A stretch of DNA of 10,643 bases. Origin: a virus. Its lineage: Duplodnaviria > Heunggongvirae > Uroviricota > Caudoviricetes. Within the stretch, counting starts at the first letter, position 1. Each line of letters begins with the position of its first letter. The position numbers and the translations under genes are program-made. The stretch is taken from the IMG/VR virus record IMGVR_UViG_2657245521_000002. One strand, 5' to 3'. Shown in pieces: positions 1 through 6,212 of this stretch. The notes below the pieces were generated by a model, which saw nothing but the letters and a program-made list of their open reading frames with translations, was not told the origin of the DNA and made no database searches.

Positions 1-79
1 AGCGCGCGCGGCTAATTTACCGATCAACAACAAACCGGTGATGCTGTTAAGCCTGGTGTTCGCACCGACCTGGCTTGGG

Positions 80-370
80 TTATCGTTTTACGATAGCAGT
101 ACCAACAACAGCAAACCCCGATCCCAGCAATTCAACAAAACCGGGCAGATCACCATTATCAAGCACATCCCGTTGCGTTTTATCACTTACAAACTGGGCC
201 AGAGCTGCAGCAATAAAGCTGGCCTGCCGAATAACCTTATTGACTTGCGCACTGGAGGCTTTCCCTGCTGTAAATCCAGATAAAAGCGCGGGCAACGCTT
301 CCCATTCCTCCTGCGATATAACATTGGCATTTCGATCCGTTGCAAACGCTTTAAAGTCATTTTTCGCCAT
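80..370 (-). CDS. short ORF (96 aa from the ATG at 368-370) in the tail-fiber position; possibly a fiber N-terminal fragment or a small separate gene
   Basis: ATG at 368-370 overlaps the I-like TGA (TGATG); the ORF track starts it 6 codons earlier. It ends at a TAA at 80-82, far too short for a complete fiber. A different minus-strand frame is open from about 87 to the window edge (29 codons). Confidence 0.35.
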   Translation of the reverse strand: MAKNDFKAFATDRNANVISQEEWEALPALLSGFTAGKASSAQVNKVIRQASFIAAALAQFVSDKTQRDVLDNGDLPGFVELLGSGFAVVGTAIVKR

Positions 371-1050
371 CAGAGTAATACTCCCCATGCTCCTACATCA
401 AAACCACTGATGAATTCGTTATCCATATCAAAACCAAAAAATTTTGAGCCTTCCGATGGGGTTTCCACCGAAGGTGTTTCAATGCCACCCGCCCATACCC
501 CGGCGGCTTTTACTGTGAGATACCCCTGTTTAATTGCCGCAATTAACTCACGCGATACATCTGAAATATCAGTATCAGGAAAGACCCAGACCGATATCGT
601 CATGTCCTGGTTATCGACTATCTGCATTCGCAGCCCGGATCCTGCTGTTGCCGCGTCAAGAATTGCCGGAAGCGAATCATTCCGTCCGTCCCAGTTATTA
701 ATCGCAATCTTCGCTTTAAGAATGACACGATAAGTTTCATCGCTGAGATACATGTATCCTGAATCAGGATCGTATGGTCCCTGCCATACCCCCTGATCAT
801 ATCCAAGCCCGTCGGTATCCCAGCTGAAATAGACACCTGAGATAGGCTGGCTGACAACACGGCTACGTCCGATCCACAATCCAAGGATGTCAAGTTGCAC
901 ACCAACCGCAGAGTCAATATCAAATGCACTAATCAGCCCTCTGGTGGCAGCCGCAACATCAATAAGTGGCCGGGTCATCAGATCAACATGCGCAAGAAAT
1001 TTAGGTTTGGTGGCGTGGTAGTTCGTGATTAGTTCGGTGTATTTGCTCAT
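370..1050 (-). CDS. baseplate/tail protein I-like (226 aa)
   Basis: ATG at 1048-1050 overlaps the J-like stop (ATGA). Sits between the J-like gene and the fiber-like ORF, as P2 gpI and Mu gp48 homologues do. Confidence 0.5.
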   Translation of the reverse strand: MSKYTELITNYHATKPKFLAHVDLMTRPLIDVAAATRGLISAFDIDSAVGVQLDILGLWIGRSRVVSQPISGVYFSWDTDGLGYDQGVWQGPYDPDSGYMYLSDETYRVILKAKIAINNWDGRNDSLPAILDAATAGSGLRMQIVDNQDMTISVWVFPDTDISDVSRELIAAIKQGYLTVKAAGVWAGGIETPSVETPSEGSKFFGFDMDNEFISGFDVGAWGVLL

Positions 1051-2246
1051 GACTCCACCGTTATAACGATATTTTTCGGGGTACAGGACGCAGATTCGTT
1101 GTATCTGATATCAATGTTTGATGACGACAAAGCCCCCGGGGATTTCCCAATCGTCAGTTCCTGAATATCGTAATAGCGTGCATTCCCGCCACTCACCACG
1201 CCAAGATTCGCCGGTGAGTAAATGCGACTTAAAAGGACCGAATCACCAATCATCAGACTATTGATATAGTCGGAAATAGCCTGCTGGATCTGCTGCCCTA
1301 TCTGTGAGGTATAACCCGTAAAAACTTTTAATTTAATCAGGGCATAAACAGGCACATCACTGGAACGCGAGAATTTGATTACATGGGGATTGCCGTATTT
1401 ATCCGGAACCGTAACGGATGTTGTACCGTGAGTGGCTGTCCCCTGGCCTTTATTCCCTCTGATAGCCTGAGCAATATCCGTTACATCACCGCCATCCACA
1501 ATTACAGCAACAGAGTGTGGCGGTAACCCGTTACCGTCCTCCGAACCAGTATCGTTTTCATAGAGTTTGTGGCGGGTTACACCGGTAACATTAGAAACAG
1601 CACCATCCAGTGCTTCAAATGGGGTTATTGATGGCAACGCAACACTTTGCGACTGGCGGATACGTAACTCAGCGTCAGTTTCTGCCGGAGTGCCCACAGT
1701 GGCTGCAGCAGGATTGGTTACCGAAACCCAGCCACGGGTTGGCGTATTAATTTCAGTGATAGTTCCAGCCAGCGCCGCCACTGCACCACTGACGGAACAT
1801 GTTGCGGTCACCATCACTGTACCATCCACGCCTACCACCACTGAAGCAGGCAAACGCCATATCACATTATTACTGTCTTTCACGCTGCCATTAATGATGG
1901 TTGTTCCGGCAGTTCCTGTAAGAAGCAAATCAACCGTAGAGTTCGTCGCGCCTTTACGTGAAATACCATTTATTTTCACGTTACAGGTCAGTGCAGCCCC
2001 ATAGCCGGTTGCCGGTGAAAAACAGTTGTAGACAGTTATCGCAGTATTATTGGCATCATGAATCGCCAGCGCCATCAGAGCCACCATCTGGCCGTCTTTG
2101 CTGTCCGGTTCGAGGTAGGCATCACTGCCATAAATCTGCTGAAAATAGCTAATCAGGGTGCTGAGTATCGTCTGATAATCAGGCGCACTGATCCCCTCCG
2201 CGGTTACCTTTGCAGATAAACCGAGAGAATCAAGGTTCAGAGCCAT
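1047..2246 (-). CDS. baseplate J-like protein (399 aa)
   Basis: ATG at 2244-2246 overlaps the W-like TAA (TAATG). A roughly 400-aa protein following the W-like gene, the canonical position of the J/gp6/gp47 family. Confidence 0.65.
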   Translation of the reverse strand: MALNLDSLGLSAKVTAEGISAPDYQTILSTLISYFQQIYGSDAYLEPDSKDGQMVALMALAIHDANNTAITVYNCFSPATGYGAALTCNVKINGISRKGATNSTVDLLLTGTAGTTIINGSVKDSNNVIWRLPASVVVGVDGTVMVTATCSVSGAVAALAGTITEINTPTRGWVSVTNPAAATVGTPAETDAELRIRQSQSVALPSITPFEALDGAVSNVTGVTRHKLYENDTGSEDGNGLPPHSVAVIVDGGDVTDIAQAIRGNKGQGTATHGTTSVTVPDKYGNPHVIKFSRSSDVPVYALIKLKVFTGYTSQIGQQIQQAISDYINSLMIGDSVLLSRIYSPANLGVVSGGNARYYDIQELTIGKSPGALSSSNIDIRYNESASCTPKNIVITVES

Positions 2247-2599
2247 TACGCCTCCGATGTAACAGTCGTTATTCCATAAAGAGTGTCGATTTCAGCGGAA
2301 AACATGACACGTCGGGTCGTGGTATCCAGCGTCGTATTGAAAGAGAGGATTGATTTAACGCCCTGCGTTTCGAGGATGCGCTTACGGATCGCCAGGTTGT
2401 AGGTTTCCGGCTTCTGCTTACCGAGTACGGACTGGATCCACGGAGTCCCCTCGGTGGTGTCGAGAAACCATTGCCCATACCACAATTCGAATCGCGTTTT
2501 TACCGCCTGCGCCACGGCCTCCGGTGAGTTAATCAGCCAGGTGTCATCACCGCTGCCAAAGGTGTAATCGCCATCGGCGTCTTCACGTCTGTATCGCAT
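2246..2599 (-). CDS. baseplate wedge protein, gpW/gp25-like (117 aa)
   Basis: ATG at 2597-2599 overlaps the spike TGA (TGATG). A 117-aa protein between the spike and J-like genes; size matches P2 gpW (115 aa). Confidence 0.6.
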   Translation of the reverse strand: MRYRREDADGDYTFGSGDDTWLINSPEAVAQAVKTRFELWYGQWFLDTTEGTPWIQSVLGKQKPETYNLAIRKRILETQGVKSILSFNTTLDTTTRRVMFSAEIDTLYGITTVTSEA

Positions 2600-3351
2600 C
2601 AGTTTACCCCGTCGGTACTGCTTCCACCGCGCTGAACACCACCATGAGTGTGCGTATCATCGATTGGCTTGCCGTTAGCCTTCACGCTCCCCAAAAACTC
2701 AACAGCACCAGTGATTTTTGAAGCCACACCAGAAACCACAGACCCCACCATGCCCCCCATCCAGGTTAACAGGCCATGAATGGTTACTTTCTCAGAAAAA
2801 TCAGCCAGGGGGGCAACCACATCAAGCCCCCCCGGAGCGACAATTTTAATTTTCCTGGTATCAGGATTAAGCTCAAAATAGGTGCTGCCGTCGTCACTAC
2901 GCAACTGTGTGGCACTGGTATTAATACCGCTAATCTTCCTAGCCTGCGACTGGGGACCGACAATACAAAACGCATCCGATAAATCATGCATTCTGTCATC
3001 AACCGTCTCCTGTATCCCGCCGCTCTGCCACCAGAAATCAATACAACGATCGGCAAAAACGACAAGACACTCATCCCCAGCTTTTACCGGAAAAGTCAAC
3101 GTACAGCCTCCGCCGCGCGGGAATACCACTGGCACATCCACCAGCAATGGGTAATTTTTGGTAATGCGGTTACCGTCGTTATCCTTTTCAACTGACCGGA
3201 TAGCTGGCTGCACAACCGCCGTCACCGCGTCAGGATCGAATGACTGAATAATGCCAGGCAAGGCGACACGGATCTGGTTCTTTGTTGTTTCCCGTTCAGA
3301 TTTAAATGTTTCGGCAAGATCGCCACTGCGGGTCTGGTCAGTTACTGCCAT
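2599..3351 (-). CDS. baseplate central spike protein (250 aa, P2 gpV-like)
   Basis: ATG at 3349-3351 with GGAG 8 nt upstream. First gene of a V-W-J-I series. The C-terminal tip reads DDTHTHGG (H234, H236; nt 2644-2652 verified), resembling the His-x-His metal-binding apex described for P2 gpV-type spikes. Confidence 0.65.
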   Translation of the reverse strand: MAVTDQTRSGDLAETFKSERETTKNQIRVALPGIIQSFDPDAVTAVVQPAIRSVEKDNDGNRITKNYPLLVDVPVVFPRGGGCTLTFPVKAGDECLVVFADRCIDFWWQSGGIQETVDDRMHDLSDAFCIVGPQSQARKISGINTSATQLRSDDGSTYFELNPDTRKIKIVAPGGLDVVAPLADFSEKVTIHGLLTWMGGMVGSVVSGVASKITGAVEFLGSVKANGKPIDDTHTHGGVQRGGSSTDGVN

Positions 3352-3362
3352 TGGTAGGCTCC

Positions 3363-3392
3363 AAAAAGCAAAAAACCCGCCGGGTGGCAGGT
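3363..3392 (-). terminator. putative rho-independent terminator downstream of the moron cassette
   Basis: Minus-strand RNA would read AAAACCUGCC-ACCC-GGCGGGUUUUUUGCUUUUU: a 6-9 bp GC-rich stem (one G-U pair) with a 4-nt loop, followed by U6 and U5 tracts. It sits in the only sizeable intergenic gap, between the 170-aa stop (3412) and the spike ATG (3351). Confidence 0.5.
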
Positions 3393-3411
3393 TTTATCTC
3401 ATGAAGAATGA

Positions 3412-3924
3412 CTATCGGTGGATAGTATTAAAGTATTCAGAAAGCTGATTATCAGTTATCAAACACAACTGCATCAAATAAATAGAGTATTTCAATAACT
3501 TTTCATCACGAACGGGGGCGGGACGTAAATACTTCCCGCCGTGAAAGAGATTATTTCTTATATACGGGATCTGCTTTAATGCTTCAGCAAGAGAATGAGG
3601 TTCGATTGGAGGTTTATCCTCCCACGAAAAATCATGCCTCTGCTGCTTCACAGGTTGCTGACATAGATACTCAACTGCCCTATCGACATTTCTATTTCCA
3701 GTAGGATATAAAGGCCGCGTATCATCAGTAGCGTAGCGGCTCCAGTCAGCACCGATTAGATAATTTCTACGATCAGTTTTTTTGAAATTAATTCTTTTTA
3801 ACGCATATTCGAAACGCGAAAAATAATTAAAAAACCTTATAACAAGAGTAATATCAATTCCGCCGAGAAGTTCCTGAAAGTCAGGGTCTTGAAATGAATT
3901 CAAAGGATCATCATCAACTGTCAC
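3412..3924 (-). CDS. hypothetical cytoplasmic protein, 170 aa, low GC, with R-x4-H (HEPN-like) motif; moron gene
   Basis: Start (GTG at 3922-3924, or the TTG 7 codons downstream) overlaps the TGA of the 111-aa gene. Hand-counted GC is about 38% over 3421-3900. Residues 123-128 read RNNLFH (nt 3541-3558, verified codon by codon). No signal peptide or transmembrane segment. Followed by a terminator hairpin. Confidence 0.55.
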   Translation of the reverse strand: MTVDDDPLNSFQDPDFQELLGGIDITLVIRFFNYFSRFEYALKRINFKKTDRRNYLIGADWSRYATDDTRPLYPTGNRNVDRAVEYLCQQPVKQQRHDFSWEDKPPIEPHSLAEALKQIPYIRNNLFHGGKYLRPAPVRDEKLLKYSIYLMQLCLITDNQLSEYFNTIHR

Positions 3925-4256
3925 TTGCTGCTCACTTTTTTACACGGGAAAGATCCAATGATTTTCGGCGCGTCCATGCTGTTCTGCAGCAGCTGGACGT
4001 TCAGGAAAGCTTTTCCGTTACGTTTCACAAACTCAAAGCCGTAATTGTTACCATCACGGGAAGGCATCAGGCCCATGTCCATTTTCATGTTTGAATAGTC
4101 ACCATCTTTTCCCAGAAATTTTATCTTCTGTGATGTGACAGTTTCACCGTTAATAACAGTCATTCCGTCACCGGTCATCGTGTAGTTGCCGCACTGAATT
4201 GCAGCCATCGCCGGAGCAGTAACCATCATAACTAACGCCAAACATAACCGTTTCAT
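3921..4256 (-). CDS. small exported protein with Sec signal peptide (111 aa; moron gene, function unknown)
   Basis: ATG at 4254-4256 overlaps the hub-gene TAA (TAATG), with an AGAGGG Shine-Dalgarno 6 nt upstream. The N-terminus MKRLCLALVMMVTAPAMA followed by AIQCG is a textbook signal peptide with an A-x-A signal peptidase I site; there is no lipobox. The mature protein is about 93 aa with two Cys (near the N- and C-terminus) and is Gly/Asn/Lys-rich. Not a tail structural protein. Confidence 0.6.
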   Translation of the reverse strand: MKRLCLALVMMVTAPAMAAIQCGNYTMTGDGMTVINGETVTSQKIKFLGKDGDYSNMKMDMGLMPSRDGNNYGFEFVKRNGKAFLNVQLLQNSMDAPKIIGSFPCKKVSSK

Positions 4257-5320
4257 TAAAGCCCTCTTTCCCTCGCTGATGAGGAAACAAGATCCGCCGC
4301 GCCACGCGCTTCACACATCATATCCATGTACCACGCCTGGCCCCTTGTGTCGCCAGTGTACATAATCCCGCGCACAATATAAACGCCATCCGTTGCGATG
4401 CTGGCAGGCTGCGATGTGGTGCCGCTGAGCGTGATATTTCCGTCCGTGTTCTGGTCGGTGATCTGACCACCAGCCATCGCAATATCGTTGTTCGACAACG
4501 CGGTACGATAGACGGAAGCCTGATCCAGCTGAATGAGCCCGTTAACCCGGATGTTCGGATTAATAAGCGCGCGGACGTTTACGCCGTTACCGATAGTCTG
4601 CTGCGGCATTCCAATAAGCCCGGTAGCGCTGTTGAGCACAATCGCTTCGTGAACATATTCGTTATTCACCACCATCTGGCGCTGACCGTCCACGAATTGC
4701 CATGTTGCGCCACATTGTCCGGCTACGTTATCCATTAGATGCCGCGTCATGCCAAAGAGTACCCGCCCCCGGGGGAATACAGTAGCAGGCATTTCAGGCG
4801 TCAGGCCTTCGGTCGCGCCTTTGGCTTCGAAGTCTTTCATCAGCGCACGGTTCACATCAGCGACCGTGTAACCGGCAGCCAGCGTCTGTGAGGTTATACT
4901 GGTAGCAAAAGCCAGATCAGTATCTGCTGCCTGAATCAGGACGTAGGTATCAACCGGACTGTCTTTTCCTGTGACCGAGTAGCGAATTTCACCGCTGAAA
5001 ATCAGTCCGTAGTTGCGGCCATCTCTCTGGCCCACGTCCGCCGCGTCAACTTCCCGCACGGTCCCTACGTCGCTTGCTGACACCTCCGGCGCGATACCGT
5101 CGTAACCGGCAATCAGACGCACTTTCGAAAACTCCTGCCCGGTAATTCGGTTCACAGTATCTGCCGAGAGGTTATAAATTTTGATAGTCCCTACCCGGGA
5201 CGCGCTGCTGATGTTGAACCAGTCGATCGTAAAGGTGACTTTGAAATCACTTAGCTCAATTCCCTGACCGTTCCCGTCCACAAGCTGCAGCTCGAAATGT
5301 CTCATCCAGTTCTGTGACAT
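4256..5320 (-). CDS. baseplate hub / late-control-D-like protein (354 aa; P2 gpD / Mu gpP family by position and size)
   Basis: ATG at 5318-5320 with GGAG 7 nt upstream. A 354-aa protein in the D slot after the tape measure, U-like and X-like genes. The call rests on synteny and size, not on a verified motif. Confidence 0.5.
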   Translation of the reverse strand: MSQNWMRHFELQLVDGNGQGIELSDFKVTFTIDWFNISSASRVGTIKIYNLSADTVNRITGQEFSKVRLIAGYDGIAPEVSASDVGTVREVDAADVGQRDGRNYGLIFSGEIRYSVTGKDSPVDTYVLIQAADTDLAFATSITSQTLAAGYTVADVNRALMKDFEAKGATEGLTPEMPATVFPRGRVLFGMTRHLMDNVAGQCGATWQFVDGQRQMVVNNEYVHEAIVLNSATGLIGMPQQTIGNGVNVRALINPNIRVNGLIQLDQASVYRTALSNNDIAMAGGQITDQNTDGNITLSGTTSQPASIATDGVYIVRGIMYTGDTRGQAWYMDMMCEARGAADLVSSSARERGL

Positions 5321-5322
5321 GC

Positions 5323-5625
5323 TTACTCCGTTGATACCAGTAAATGGCTGCGACCGCCCAGGTCAGTTTTTGTGGGGTAATCCTGTGTGTTGTCATCACA
5401 GACCACCACCAGCTTAAAACCAAGCCCCATACAGGCGTACTGCGCCAGCAGGTCAGCACCAGTGACGAGAGGAATACCGGAGATTACCGGCTCCCCTCTG
5501 TCGTTCTGCAGGTCCATAATCCAGTACAGATCGCGCCATATGATGCTAATCCGCCAGGTGACACCACCCAGGACGATGCTGAACTGCTGGTTGTCCGCTG
5601 TCAGCGGAATTTCCTGAATTGTCAT
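5323..5625 (-). CDS. small tail/baseplate protein, 100 aa (X-like position between the U-like and D-like genes; no LysM motif seen)
   Basis: ATG at 5623-5625 overlaps the upstream TAA stop and is preceded by a G-rich Shine-Dalgarno; its stop is followed 3 nt later by the next ATG. Assigned as a tail gene only by coupling and position. Confidence 0.4.
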   Translation of the reverse strand: MTIQEIPLTADNQQFSIVLGGVTWRISIIWRDLYWIMDLQNDRGEPVISGIPLVTGADLLAQYACMGLGFKLVVVCDDNTQDYPTKTDLGGRSHLLVSTE

Positions 5626-6212
5626 TAGCCGCCCCCCAGTAATGACGCCACGTTACCCGTGATGCTTTTCAGCAGTGAAGTATCTGGAGGCTTTGTGGTT
5701 TTGTTGCCGCTGTTCTGTACCGCCGACGTGCTGGCCCCTTCCTTCATGTTGGTTTTATCCGCGACGGTAATCTGCTGTGTCCGGGAGATAATGACCTCCC
5801 TCAGGGTGAGGACGGCGGACAGGACGTTTTCGGTTGTCTTGTCCGTCGTCACTTCCAGCGCCCGGATCAACATGTTGCTGTACAGCCGTTTACCGGTTAC
5901 CACATCGAAGGGGATACGGCTTTCCTGCAGACCCAGTAGCTCCTGATACGTCTGCTGAGGACTCAGGCCGAGCAGGCTGGTAGCCGTCAGGTTACTGGCA
6001 AAATCCAGCAATGCGCCGCCACCGGCGAAACCAACCTCCATCACCACTTCTGACGGTTTTTTATAGGCATGATCAGCGACAGCGGCCCCGACCTCTACCG
6101 GATGCTCTGTTATTTCAAGCATATCTGTATGCTTCTCTGAAATAACAACACTGGGAACAATCATTCCTATTTTTCTGCTCTGCTGATGAAAAAGTGTAGA
6201 GAGAATATCCAC
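5625..6212 (-). CDS. tail/baseplate protein, 195 aa (post-tape-measure position, P2 gpU-like by synteny)
   Basis: Start (GTG in the ORF track) overlaps the tape measure stop and is preceded by a GGTGAGGGTGGG Shine-Dalgarno-like tract. Size and position match the U slot of a P2 T-U-(X)-D block. No motif was recognised. Confidence 0.45.
   Translation of the reverse strand: MDILSTLFHQQSRKIGMIVPSVVISEKHTDMLEITEHPVEVGAAVADHAYKKPSEVVMEVGFAGGGALLDFASNLTATSLLGLSPQQTYQELLGLQESRIPFDVVTGKRLYSNMLIRALEVTTDKTTENVLSAVLTLREVIISRTQQITVADKTNMKEGASTSAVQNSGNKTTKPPDTSLLKSITGNVASLLGGG

Noticed and set aside
80-96. Hin/Gin/Cin/Pin-type invertase crossover site at the fiber ORF stop
   Set aside because: The palindrome is only about 17 bp with 5-6 bp arms, and does not match the roughly 26-bp hix/gix-type sites as I remember them. 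It is kept only as a low-confidence observation in the findings.
3517-3540. GC-rich inverted repeat GGCGGGA-N10-TCCCGCC inside the 170-aa gene
   Set aside because: A 7-bp stem within coding sequence, with no following U-tract on either strand. Most likely coincidental or codon-driven, not a terminator.
3412-3924. Nucleotidyltransferase (G[SG]-x9-13-D-x-[DE]) motif in the 170-aa protein at GADWSRYATDD
   Set aside because: The spacing and residues do not fit the pattern.
3921-4256. Calling the exported 111-aa protein a MliC/PliC-type lysozyme inhibitor
   Set aside because: The two-cysteine layout and size are reminiscent of that family, but the comparison rests on my memory of the family sequence with no alignment. 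Too weak to put in the call.
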